DNA of 64,000 nt from an uncultured Gemmatimonadales bacterium (GTDB lineage Bacteria > Gemmatimonadota > Gemmatimonadetes > Longimicrobiales > RSA9). Under the pieces are notes generated by a model, which worked only from the letters and a program-made list of their open reading frames with translations, had not been told where the DNA came from and searched no databases. The translations under genes were made by a program, and so were the position numbers. The stretch is from NCBI GenBank assembly GCA_963783305.1, contig CAWAMW010000016.1, positions 64,001 to 128,000 on the forward strand, read 5' to 3'. Positions 54,822 to 64,000 of the stretch are shown one piece after another (positions within the stretch are counted from its first letter, which is position 1; every line of letters begins with the position of its first letter).

Positions 54822-57557
54822 CTACCCGGCGGTGTCGCCGTCCATGTCGTCCATCTGCTCCACCGCCCGCTGCAGGCTCCGGATCGCGTCTTCGAGCGTC
54901 CGGCGCAGCGCACGCACGGCCTCCGCGCCGCGGCTCGCGGGGGCCGTCTGTACGGTCTCGAGCTCGGCCGGGAGCTCCACGGGCGGGAGCTCGCCCACCA
55001 GCGCGCCCACCGACGATTCCATGGTCCCGTGCATCACCACCTTCGACGCGTCGGCCAGGATGATGCGCCGGAGCTCCGGGAACTCGAGGCTCTCGGGTCG
55101 CAGGAACACCGGCTCGGCGTAGAGGAGCGACTCGCCCACGGGCACCACCAGCAGGATCCCCCGCATGACCTCGGAGCCACCCTGTCCCCAGAGCGTGAAC
55201 TGCTCGGAGATGACGGCGTCGTTGTCGATCCGCGCTTCCACCTGCCCCGGCCCGTCCACGTGGCGGCCGGAGGGGAACCGGAAGAGCACCCGCTCACCGT
55301 AGCGCTCGCCGTCGTTCCGGGCGGCGATCCAGCCCACGAGGTTGTGTCGGTTGTTGGGCGTGAACGGCTGGATCAGCAGGAATTCCTCCTTTGCCTCGCC
55401 CGGCAGCCGCGCCACGATGTAGTAGGGGCGGAGCGGCTGGGCGCGCCCGAACGATGATTGCACCGGCACGGACCACTGGTCCTCCTTGTTGTAGAAGACC
55501 ACCGGGTCGCGCATGTGGTACTGCAGCAGCATCTGGCTCTGGACGGTGAACTGGTCCAGCGGGACCCGCACGTGGGCCCGCAGGTAGTCGGGCAGCTCGT
55601 CGGCCGACTTGAACAGGTCCGGGAACGTGCGCTGGTAGGCCAGGACCAGAGGGTCGGAGTCGTCGAAGACGTAGAAGTTGATGCTCCCGTTGTACGCGTC
55701 CACCACCGCCTTCACGCTGTTCCGTATGTAGTTGAAGCGGCCGCTCCAGGGCGTGGAGTAGGGGTACCGGTCCGTGACGGTGTAGGCGTCCTGGATCCAG
55801 AAGAGCCGGCCGGCCGCCACCACCGCATACGCCTCCCGGTCCCGTAGCAGGAAAGGGGCGATCGTCGAGAAGCGCTCAGGGATCACTCGCCGGTACTGGA
55901 TCCGGCTGTCGTCGTTGATCTCGCCGGAGATCAGAATGTTCAGGTCTCTGAACTTCCAAGCGTACATCAGGCGCCGGAAGAACGACGACAGCTCCACGCC
56001 ACCGTCCCCGGCGTAATTGGTGTACACCGGCCCGTCCCCACCCGGGTAGTTGAACTCCTGCATCCCGCTCCGGGCAATGACGTAGTCCAGGCTCTTGAGC
56101 CCGTAATAGACCTCCGGCCGGTCGAGCGGGATCTTGCCCCGGGGCGGCACGTCGCTGATGAAGAAGGTGGGCCGACCGCCGGACTCCACCTCGGTGACGG
56201 GGCTCATGGCCACACCGTAGCCGTGGGTGAACTGAAGCTGCCGGTTCACCCACCGTTGCGCTTCCTCCGGCAGCTTCTCCGCCGACAGCTCGCGCGTGGC
56301 GAGCATGACCTGCCGCAGCTGGCCGTCCACCACGTACCGGTCGGTGTGGACGGCGCGGAAATCGTAGTAGAGCCGGAAGAACTGGATCTGGTTGTAGCTC
56401 TGGAGCAGCGGTGTCTCATCCCAGAGCCGCACGTTCTGGATGGTGCCCTGGTTCTCGGCCACCGTCTGCGCATCCACATCGCCCCGCGCCGGGTGACTCT
56501 GCGACCGGATGTCCTCCAGCCCGAACGCCTGTCGCGTGTACTGGATGTTGTTCGCCAGGTATTCGCGCTCCACCGCCAGCTCGCTCGGCTCCACCCGCAG
56601 CCGCTGGAAGAGCGTAGGGGCGGCGCCGCCCACCAGGAGCGTCATGGCGAGCCACACGGCCACGGGCGCCACCAGACGCCGTGTGCCCCGGGCGTAGAGC
56701 CCCGCCGCGGCCAGCGCCGCGGCCGCCAGCACCGCGATGACCGTGAGCAGCGCCCGGCCAGGCAGGTTGATGACGCTGTCGGTGTGACCCACGCCGAAGA
56801 CCGCGCCGGTGGGCGAGTAGAGCAGCTCGTAGCGACCCAGCCAGTGGCCGGCGGCAATGATGAGGAAGAGCCCGGCGCCGAGGAGCGACAGCTGGACCCG
56901 CGCCGGCCGCGCGAAGGTGAAGTGATCGACCCGGATACGGCTGGTGAGGTAATAGAACGCGGCGACGATGGCCATCACCCCGATCACGGCGGCGAGCAGC
57001 CAGAGCCGGAGCAGCTCGAGGGCAGGGAGCGTGAAGATGAAGAAGCCGAAGTCCAGGCCGAAGATCGGGTCCGTCTGTCCGAAGGGGACGCGGTTGAGGA
57101 ACAGGAGCACCGTCTCCCACTCGGCCGCCGGGTGCGACGCGAGCACCAGCGCCGCCAGGACCGTAACGCCCGCGGCCACACGGCCGAGGAGCTTCCGGAT
57201 GAACCTGTAGTCGTCCCAGGACAGCCCGTCCGGGAGCGCAACCGTCCCCCGCGTGGCCCGCCAGGCGTAGTACACGTTCGGCGCAGCCAGGGCCAGGAAT
57301 ACGACCAGACCCACCAGATAGAGGACCAGCCGGGTGACGGTCGTCGTGACGAGTACCCCCTCCTGCTCCACGCCGCTGAACCAGAGCCAGTCGGTGTAGA
57401 ACGAGTGGGCCCAGCGGAGTCCGAGCCAGAGCAGGACGAGCCCCAGCGCCCAGAGGACGAGCCGCACCAGCCGATCGACCCGCACCAGGTCGAGGTCCTG
57501 CAGCCGGAATGACTGCGGCTCACCCCTCGGGTTCACCGGCCCTGGAAAATCCGCCAT
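54822..57557 (-). CDS. UPF0182-family membrane protein
   Basis: YTDWLWF, DPIFGLD, NVRLWD, FTHGYG, NYIRNSVK, FYNKEDQW. Confidence 0.93.
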   Translation of the reverse strand: MADFPGPVNPRGEPQSFRLQDLDLVRVDRLVRLVLWALGLVLLWLGLRWAHSFYTDWLWFSGVEQEGVLVTTTVTRLVLYLVGLVVFLALAAPNVYYAWRATRGTVALPDGLSWDDYRFIRKLLGRVAAGVTVLAALVLASHPAAEWETVLLFLNRVPFGQTDPIFGLDFGFFIFTLPALELLRLWLLAAVIGVMAIVAAFYYLTSRIRVDHFTFARPARVQLSLLGAGLFLIIAAGHWLGRYELLYSPTGAVFGVGHTDSVINLPGRALLTVIAVLAAAALAAAGLYARGTRRLVAPVAVWLAMTLLVGGAAPTLFQRLRVEPSELAVEREYLANNIQYTRQAFGLEDIRSQSHPARGDVDAQTVAENQGTIQNVRLWDETPLLQSYNQIQFFRLYYDFRAVHTDRYVVDGQLRQVMLATRELSAEKLPEEAQRWVNRQLQFTHGYGVAMSPVTEVESGGRPTFFISDVPPRGKIPLDRPEVYYGLKSLDYVIARSGMQEFNYPGGDGPVYTNYAGDGGVELSSFFRRLMYAWKFRDLNILISGEINDDSRIQYRRVIPERFSTIAPFLLRDREAYAVVAAGRLFWIQDAYTVTDRYPYSTPWSGRFNYIRNSVKAVVDAYNGSINFYVFDDSDPLVLAYQRTFPDLFKSADELPDYLRAHVRVPLDQFTVQSQMLLQYHMRDPVVFYNKEDQWSVPVQSSFGRAQPLRPYYIVARLPGEAKEEFLLIQPFTPNNRHNLVGWIAARNDGERYGERVLFRFPSGRHVDGPGQVEARIDNDAVISEQFTLWGQGGSEVMRGILLVVPVGESLLYAEPVFLRPESLEFPELRRIILADASKVVMHGTMESSVGALVGELPPVELPAELETVQTAPASRGAEAVRALRRTLEDAIRSLQRAVEQMDDMDGDTAG

Positions 57558-57672
57558 GACAATCACCTCTTCTCTGACACGAGATTTCCCGCAACGTAAC
57601 CCCGGCGCGTGCGCCGGGGCGAGGCGCCGGTCGCGGCGGGGGTGTGCATGGGATTTGCAATCGCCGCTCGCC

Positions 57673-58245
57673 ATGATCGACCTGCGAACACCCGACCCGC
57701 GCACGGCCCGACACGCACACGGCCTCCGACACGTTGCGGCCGCGATCCTCGTCCTCGCCGCTATGGGCGCCAGCACGCCCGCCTCGGCCCAGGACAAGGC
57801 CACCGGAAGCGCTCTCGCCGCAGCCGGCGGCGGGGTCGTCGGGCTCGTTGCCGGCGCGTACACCAACCTGGCCATCGTGGTGCTCAAGACCCGCTACGGT
57901 CACTATCAGCACTCGTTCAGGGACGCGTTCGGCTGGGAGTCCGCGCCCATCCTCATCGGCGGCGCCGCCGGCGTGACCATAGGGCTCGCCGACCGCAACC
58001 TCGTGATCCCCTGGATCATCGGTGGGAGCGCCGGCTTCGCGGTGGGCGCCGGGCTCGGCATCCTCTACGGCGAGATGGCCTGGGGCGACTCGGAGAGCCG
58101 CTGGGCCAACGCCGCCGTGGGCGCGGCCATCGGCATGGTCATCGGCAGTACCGTCGCCCTCGCCCACGACTGGAATAAGGGCGAGAGTGCCGCGCCCTCC
58201 GACGCCGCGGCCGTGCGCGTCCCGCTCCTCACACTGGGATTCTGA
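57673..58245 (+). CDS. Hypothetical Gly-rich membrane protein
   Basis: Signal-like segment ending ASAQ, glycine-zipper helices; sits 2 nt before the next gene. Confidence 0.65.
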   Translation: MIDLRTPDPRTARHAHGLRHVAAAILVLAAMGASTPASAQDKATGSALAAAGGGVVGLVAGAYTNLAIVVLKTRYGHYQHSFRDAFGWESAPILIGGAAGVTIGLADRNLVIPWIIGGSAGFAVGAGLGILYGEMAWGDSESRWANAAVGAAIGMVIGSTVALAHDWNKGESAAPSDAAAVRVPLLTLGF

Positions 58246-58247
58246 CG

Positions 58248-59474
58248 GTGAGCCCGACCCTGGTCCCGACGCCCTCGCTCCGTCGGCTCATGCGGCCCGC
58301 CGCGCTCCTGGCCGCTACCCTCCTCGGCGGCTGCTCCAGCTCGCTGCCACCCCTCCCGGACTGGCAGCCGGTGCCCCTGCCGGCCGACGAGGAGGTGGAG
58401 TCCGTCCTCCTCTTCTTCGGGGACCCAGGCAAATCCGACTACCAGCAGGCGCCGGTCATCGCGGATGCCGCCCGTCAGGTGGAGTCGTGGTCCGCGCGCC
58501 TGGGGCGGGACTCGGCCGTGAGCGTGGTGTATCTGGGTGACCTGGTCTATCCCGAGGGTCTGCGCCCGCCGGGGGACCCGAACTACCCGCGCGACTCGCT
58601 GTACGTCCAGGCGGAGATCGAGGTGGTGGAAGGACCGGCCGCCCGCGCCCACGAGACGCGCGCCTACTTCATTGCCGGCAACCACGACTGGGGTCAGGCC
58701 CGGGGGATCGAGGGAGTGGAGCGGCTGCGCAACCTCGACTCCTTCCTGGATCGCGCGCGCCGCCGCCAGGATGTCAACGTGGACCTGGTGCCGACCGCCG
58801 GGGAGCCGGGGCCCCACATCGTCGACATCGGCCGCTCGCTCCGGCTGATCCTGCTGGACACCGCCTGGTGGCTGCTCTCCCGCGAGCCTGAGCTCAAGAG
58901 CGGCCTCATCGCCCGGATCGAGGACGCCATGGTGGACGCCCGGTTGGAGGGTCGCGCGGTGGTCATCGCCGCCCACCACCCCTGGCAGACCGCAGGGTCG
59001 CACGGCGGCAGCATGCCCTTCTGGGAGGCGTTCGGGCTCCGCTGGTTCCTCTACAGGACGGGCGCGGTGCTCCAGGACATCAACTCGCGGCCCATGAAGG
59101 ACCTCCGGGTCGCCCTCAACGACGTTTTTTCTCGCGTCGGTCCGCCCATGGTCTTCGTCGGCGGGCACGACCACTCGCTCCAGGTCATCGAGGGCCCCGG
59201 CCCCCTCGACCCGCACTGGAGCCTCGTGAGCGGCTCCGGCGTCAAGGTCACCGAGGTGGGGCACGTCCCCGGCATGCGGTTCCGCGCCACCCGCGCGGGG
59301 TACATGACCCTGGTGACGCTGCAGAACGGAGAATCCATCCTCTACGTGCGGGGCGTCCCCGAGGAGTGGGTCGACTGCCCCACCGACGAGTATCCGGACC
59401 CGGCCGAGTGCATGGCGAACGCCCGGAACGAGTTCGACACCGTCTTCTCGATCCGCTTGTCCCGCGAGGACTGA
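58248..59474 (+). CDS. Metallophosphoesterase lipoprotein
   Basis: Lipobox LGGC; GDPG, GDLVY, GNHDW, HHP, GHDH motifs. Confidence 0.88.
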   Translation: MSPTLVPTPSLRRLMRPAALLAATLLGGCSSSLPPLPDWQPVPLPADEEVESVLLFFGDPGKSDYQQAPVIADAARQVESWSARLGRDSAVSVVYLGDLVYPEGLRPPGDPNYPRDSLYVQAEIEVVEGPAARAHETRAYFIAGNHDWGQARGIEGVERLRNLDSFLDRARRRQDVNVDLVPTAGEPGPHIVDIGRSLRLILLDTAWWLLSREPELKSGLIARIEDAMVDARLEGRAVVIAAHHPWQTAGSHGGSMPFWEAFGLRWFLYRTGAVLQDINSRPMKDLRVALNDVFSRVGPPMVFVGGHDHSLQVIEGPGPLDPHWSLVSGSGVKVTEVGHVPGMRFRATRAGYMTLVTLQNGESILYVRGVPEEWVDCPTDEYPDPAECMANARNEFDTVFSIRLSRED

Positions 59475-59622
59475 CGACAGCCCTCCCGTTGCGCCCGTCC
59501 GTCCAGCCGCTCGATGACCTCGGCGCCACGAAAGGCGCGCCCCCGGACCCCGGTTGCGGTGGCGACGGGACTGCCGCGATCTTTTTCGGAACATCCTGAT
59601 CTCGAACCGCCGGACCGACAGA

Positions 59623-61923
59623 ATGAAAGTTTGCATCGTCGCTCCCAACTTCGCCGCGCTCCGTCTGCCGGCGCTGGTCCTCCTCACGTTCCTGTCCGCC
59701 GCGTGTGATGGCGGCGCCACCTCCGCGGAGCCGCCCTCGGCGCCCACCGGTTTTTCGGCGGAGACCGCCTCCAGCACCTCCATCGAACTGAGCTGGTCCG
59801 CCGAGGGCGACGCAGCGGCGTTCCAACTGGAGCGGGCGGGTGCCATTGGCGCGTTCGAGCCGCTGACCACCGTTAGCGCCGGCGCCCGCGCCTATACCGA
59901 TACCCGCCTGGAGCCCGACGCCGCCTACCGCTACCGGATCAGCGCGTGCGACGACGACCTCTGCTCCGCCACGCTCACCGCCAGCGCCCGGACCCTCAAG
60001 CTCCTCGCCATTGGCACCACCACTCTCCCCACCGCCACCGCGGGCGCGACGTACGAGCAGACCATCGGCGCGACCGGCGGCGACGGCAGCTACACCTGGG
60101 ATATCACCGCCGGGTCGCTCCCGCAGGGGCTGTCGCTCGAGACCGCGGGCGGCGCCGCCGTCCTCTCGGGCACCCCCACCGCCGAGGGTAGCTACACGTT
60201 CACGCTCCGGGCGCGGAGCGGCGACGACCAGGCGGCGCAGGTCGAGCTCACGCTTCAGGTGACCCCGGAGCCGCCGCCGGCCCCCACCAACCTCGCCGCC
60301 GGACAGGCCACCATGACGGCTATCCCGCTTTCATGGAGCGCGGGCGAGGACCCCGACAGCTTCGAGCTGGAGCGCACCACCGGCGTGCTGGCCAACTTCG
60401 AGGCCATCGCTACCCTGCCCGGCACCGCCCGCGGCTACACCGACTCCGCCATAACACCGGGAATCACCTACCGCTACCGTGTCCGCTCGTGTGTCGACGG
60501 CGTCTGCTCCGCTTACTCCGCCACCGTCACGATCCTGACCCCGGCGCCCCTCCAGATCATCACCGATACACTCGACATCGCGGTGATCGGCACCGCCTAT
60601 ACCGATGGAGTGATCGCTACCGGCGGTGACGGAAATCTGACCTGGGAAATCGTCGCCGGCACGCTCCCGGCTGGGCTCGCGTTGTCAAAGGCGGAATTCA
60701 GCCAGAACGCGATCATCTCCGGCACGCCCGAGGGCAAGGAGACCGCGACGTTCACCGTGGGAGTCCGGAGCGGCGATGGCCAGACCGACCAGAAGGAGCT
60801 CACGCTCGCCGTCAGGACCACCGCGCCCGTCACCATAGAGACGGTCTGGCTGCCGGTCGTCGTGGCCGAAGGACCGTACAACGTCCTGCTCCAGGCCGCC
60901 GGAGGAGATGGTGAGAACTACGACTGGTCGGTCGACTCCGGCGCTCTGCCACCGGGGCTTGCGATCGTCGGCGATTCGGTCCAGGGCAATCCGCAGGAGG
61001 TCGGGAGTTTCGACGTGACGATCCGCGTCACGAGCGGCGACCGTGCGTACAACAAGGCGTTTACGGTGCGCGTGGTGCCCCAGAGCACCGGCCGCTATGA
61101 CATCACTGCCTATCCCATCGCCGATATCCCGGACGACATCCAGCCGCACGTCGACGACGCGATCGCGCGCTGGGAAGAGGCGCTCACCGGCGACCTCTCG
61201 CCCGCGGCGTTCGCGTTCGATGAGTTCGAGCCAGGCGGCTGCTTCGGCTTCGGCGACGCGCTGAACGGCACATCGCTCGACGACATCATCATGCTGGTGA
61301 ACATCGACTCGATCGACGGCCGCGGGAGCGTCATCGGGCAGGCGGGGCCGTGTGCGGTACGTGGGGGCTCCCGCCTCCCACTGGCGGGCGTCCTCACGCT
61401 CGACGTAGCGGACCTCCAGGCCAGAGTCGGGACCGACAACCTCACCGACCTCATCTTCCACGAGATGGGGCATATCCTGGGCTTCGGCACCCTCTGGGGC
61501 GGGCTGCGGACGGCCACGGACACCGACAGCGTCAGCTTCACCGGCGAGAGAGCCGTGGAGGAATGGCGCTCTCTCGGCCGCACGGGGAACGTGCCGGTGG
61601 AGGCGACTGGCGGTGAGGGGACGAAGAACTCCCACTGGCGGGAGAGCGTCTTCGGCAACGAGGTGATGACCGGCTTCACCGAGGCGGTCGGTGTGTTCCA
61701 GCCTCTGAGCCGCGTCACCATCGCGTCCATGGCGGACCTCGGGTACGCGGTCGACCTGGGCGTCGCCGACTCCTTCAGCCTCTACGCGGCGATCATGGCC
61801 GGCGGAGGCACGGCGCGGGAGCACGGCTGGGATGTCGTACTGACGGCCCCGCCGCGCGTACTCCGCGACAACCAGTGGGGACGCACGTTCCCCCGCCAGG
61901 AGCGCGCGCCGGACCGTCCGTAG
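59623..61923 (+). CDS. Lipoprotein with FN3 and Ig-like repeats and a leishmanolysin-like (M8) Zn metallopeptidase
   Basis: LSAAC lipobox; FN3 (YRYRISAC, YRYRVRSC); GSLPQGL Ig repeats; HEMGHILG, SHWRE, EVMT Met-turn. Confidence 0.85.
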   Translation: MKVCIVAPNFAALRLPALVLLTFLSAACDGGATSAEPPSAPTGFSAETASSTSIELSWSAEGDAAAFQLERAGAIGAFEPLTTVSAGARAYTDTRLEPDAAYRYRISACDDDLCSATLTASARTLKLLAIGTTTLPTATAGATYEQTIGATGGDGSYTWDITAGSLPQGLSLETAGGAAVLSGTPTAEGSYTFTLRARSGDDQAAQVELTLQVTPEPPPAPTNLAAGQATMTAIPLSWSAGEDPDSFELERTTGVLANFEAIATLPGTARGYTDSAITPGITYRYRVRSCVDGVCSAYSATVTILTPAPLQIITDTLDIAVIGTAYTDGVIATGGDGNLTWEIVAGTLPAGLALSKAEFSQNAIISGTPEGKETATFTVGVRSGDGQTDQKELTLAVRTTAPVTIETVWLPVVVAEGPYNVLLQAAGGDGENYDWSVDSGALPPGLAIVGDSVQGNPQEVGSFDVTIRVTSGDRAYNKAFTVRVVPQSTGRYDITAYPIADIPDDIQPHVDDAIARWEEALTGDLSPAAFAFDEFEPGGCFGFGDALNGTSLDDIIMLVNIDSIDGRGSVIGQAGPCAVRGGSRLPLAGVLTLDVADLQARVGTDNLTDLIFHEMGHILGFGTLWGGLRTATDTDSVSFTGERAVEEWRSLGRTGNVPVEATGGEGTKNSHWRESVFGNEVMTGFTEAVGVFQPLSRVTIASMADLGYAVDLGVADSFSLYAAIMAGGGTAREHGWDVVLTAPPRVLRDNQWGRTFPRQERAPDRP

Positions 61924-61938
61924 CCGGCGATCCGTAGC

Positions 61939-64000
61939 CTACTCCGCACGGAGCGCTACCACCGGGCTCACCCTGGCCGCGCGGCGAGCCGGGAGCCACG
62001 AGGCAATGGATGCGACCAGCAGGAACAGGGCGGGGACGGCCAGGAATATCAAAGGGTCGTTCCCGGCCGTCCGGAACAGCAGGCTCTCGATGAAACGATT
62101 CAGGACCAGCGCGGCGGCCGCGCCCAGGGCGACCCCGGCCGCCGCAAGCGTCAACCCGCGCCGCACCACCATGAACGAGACCGCGCGCGTCCCCGCGCCC
62201 AGCGCGCGCCGCACGCCGATCTCCCGCGTACGTTGCGCCACCACGAAGCCCAGTAGCCCGTAGAGTCCCACGACCGCGAGGGCCAGGGCGGCGGCCGCGA
62301 AAGCGCTGAGGACGAACGTATTGAAGCGCGGCCCCGCCACGGCGGCCGATCGGCTGCGCTCCATCGGCCGAACGTCGGGGACCGGGAGCGCCGGGTCTAC
62401 CTCCCACACCGCCTCGCGGATCGCCGCCGGCAGCCCCGCCACAGGCCCGTCGGTGCGGACCATGAGCGTCATGGCGGGCAGGACGATCTGCTGGTAGGAG
62501 AGGAACATGACCGGGGCCGGGTCGCTGTCGAGCGCTACGTCCTGGATGTCGCCCACCACGCCGATGACGGTGCGGGGCTCGCCATCGATGCCGCCCCAGT
62601 ACAACCGCCTCCCCACCGCCGCCTCGCCCGGCCAGAGCCGCTCGGCCAGTGTGCGGGTGACGATGACCGTGGGCGGATTGCCGTAGCGGTCGTCGGAGGT
62701 GAAGAGCCGCCCGCGGAGCAGCGGGACGTCCATGGTCTCGAACCAGTTGGGAGTGACCGTCCGCCAGCGCGCCGACATGTAGCCGGCCTCGCCCGCCTCC
62801 CGGGCCCGCTCCTCGGGCGTCACATCATTGGCGAGGTTGAGCCCGCTGAACGGGTCGACGAACGCCGCGGCGGCCGCCGATACGCCAGGGATGCCAGCTA
62901 CGGCGTCGAGGATGTTGCGGTAGGTCAGATAGAGCTGGAACTCCTCTGGGTAGCGCGCGTGGGGTAGGGCGAGGGGAACGGACCAGACGTCGCTGGTGCG
63001 GAACCCGGGATCGACGTCCTGGAGCCTGGAAAAGCTCCGGACCATGAGCCCGGCGCCCAGAAGGAGCATGACGGCAACGGCGACCTGCGCCACCACGAGC
63101 GCGTCCCGGAGGCGCCGCTGGCCCCGCGACGCGCCCGTCCGGCCGCTCTCCCGGAGCTGCGCCGACGCGTTGGTGCGGCCGGCCTGCAGGGCGGGGAGCA
63201 CGCCGGCCAGGAGCGCGGTCGCGAGGGAGGCGGCCGCGGCGAAGGTGAGAACGCGGAGGTCGAGCCCCACGGCGTCCACCCGCGGGATCGTTGCGGGCGC
63301 GGCGGACCGGAACGCCGCTACCGCCCAGGCCGCGGCCGCGACTCCCACGGCCGCCCCGGCGGCGGCGAGCACGAAGGTCTCGGTCAGGAGCTGCCGCACG
63401 ATACGGCCGCGGCCGGCGCCCAGCGCCACTCGTACCCCGAGGTCACGCCGGCGCGCGGTAGCGTGGGCGAGCAGCAGGTTGGCCACGTTGGCGCACGCCA
63501 TGAGGAGCAGCAGCGCCACGGCGCCCCCGAGCACCGCGCCCGCCCGCCGTATCTCCGGCCTCACCAGCGCGTCGTGGAGGCCGCGCACCTCCACGCCCCA
63601 CCCCACCATTTGCGGGTGTGATTCTGCCAGCCCGGCGCTGATTGCCGCCAGCTCCGACTCCGCTCGCGCACGCGTCGCCCCCGGGGCCAGCCGACCCACG
63701 ACGTCGAGCCAGTGGTTCGTGCGGTCCGCATCCGCCTGCGGCACCAGCGGCAGCCACAGCTCCGCGTCGAAGAACTCGAAGTCCGCCGGCATCACGCCCA
63801 CCACCGTGTGCGCTTCGTCGTCGAGCACGATGGACCGGCCCACCAGCGAGGGGTCCCCGCCGAACCGACGCTGCCAGAGGCCGTGGCTCAGAACCACCAC
63901 ACGCGCGTCGCCACCCGGAGAGTCCTCCGCTTCGCTGAACGTGCGGCCGAGCAGCGGGCGCGCCCCGAGGACTCCGAATAACGTGTGCGTCGTCGCCAGG
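61939..64000 (-). CDS. ADOP-type duplicated ABC permease (MacB/FtsX domains; 5' end off the window)
   Basis: VVLSHGLWQRRFG, LLMACANVANLLL, RVALGAGRGRIVRQLLTE, QRTREIGVRRALGA, PARRAARVSP. Confidence 0.93.
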   Translation of the reverse strand, partial: LATTHTLFGVLGARPLLGRTFSEAEDSPGGDARVVVLSHGLWQRRFGGDPSLVGRSIVLDDEAHTVVGVMPADFEFFDAELWLPLVPQADADRTNHWLDVVGRLAPGATRARAESELAAISAGLAESHPQMVGWGVEVRGLHDALVRPEIRRAGAVLGGAVALLLLMACANVANLLLAHATARRRDLGVRVALGAGRGRIVRQLLTETFVLAAAGAAVGVAAAAWAVAAFRSAAPATIPRVDAVGLDLRVLTFAAAASLATALLAGVLPALQAGRTNASAQLRESGRTGASRGQRRLRDALVVAQVAVAVMLLLGAGLMVRSFSRLQDVDPGFRTSDVWSVPLALPHARYPEEFQLYLTYRNILDAVAGIPGVSAAAAAFVDPFSGLNLANDVTPEERAREAGEAGYMSARWRTVTPNWFETMDVPLLRGRLFTSDDRYGNPPTVIVTRTLAERLWPGEAAVGRRLYWGGIDGEPRTVIGVVGDIQDVALDSDPAPVMFLSYQQIVLPAMTLMVRTDGPVAGLPAAIREAVWEVDPALPVPDVRPMERSRSAAVAGPRFNTFVLSAFAAAALALAVVGLYGLLGFVVAQRTREIGVRRALGAGTRAVSFMVVRRGLTLAAAGVALGAAAALVLNRFIESLLFRTAGNDPLIFLAVPALFLLVASIASWLPARRAARVSPVVALRAE

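Noticed and set aside
73..63981. Many long antisense or alternate-frame ORFs (e.g. 2130-4115+, 15277-17478+, 19735-22050+, 34161-36071+, 42499-44634-)
   Set aside because: Shadow ORFs typical of high-GC DNA; they overlap well-supported genes and carry no family motifs.
1..64000. CRISPR arrays, tRNA/rRNA genes, integrases/transposases, selenocysteine read-through
   Set aside because: I saw no spaced repeats, RNA gene signatures, mobile-element genes or in-frame TGA within the recognised enzymes; dedicated scans could still find small RNAs.

Overview
High-GC bacterial DNA (about 70% by eye). Positions 1-49.6 kb form one dissimilatory sulfur-metabolism island. A co-oriented minus-strand run of about 36.5 kb reads aprBA - Zn-ribbon - ykgJ-like (frameshifted) - qmoABC - sat - osmC-like - dsrC - dsrT - dsrMKJOP - dsrAB - dsrD - dsrL - dsrN - two cytidylate-kinase-like genes - TauE - DUF1634 - sirC/cbiX fusion - cobA/hemD - a multi-receiver phosphorelay - CBS - DASS/SLC13 transporter - a third cytidylate-kinase-like gene - a second TauE (partial). 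rex lies upstream of aprB. Divergent from rex are a second dsrMK-like pair, a Cys-PAS sigma54 activator and a sigma54-driven Hmc/Tmc-like redox complex in which the NrfD-family subunit is fused to a hexaheme cytochrome. Rex boxes, a repeated TTGACGTnnGTTAA motif, a -24/-12 promoter, candidate enhancer sites and IHF-like cores are visible in the intergenic DNA. The last 14 kb holds ordinary accessory genes: an iron-transport protein, VOC, Usp, FAD dehydrogenase, copper storage protein, UPF0182, phosphoesterase, FN3/Ig-leishmanolysin lipoprotein and an ADOP-type permease. These suggest a Gemmatimonadota/Acidobacteriota-like host (inference). dsrD plus qmoC and dsrT, with no dsrEFH in the window, point to reductive sulfate respiration. 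I found no rRNA, tRNA, CRISPR array or mobile element. All product calls come from motif recognition by eye; no database searches were run.
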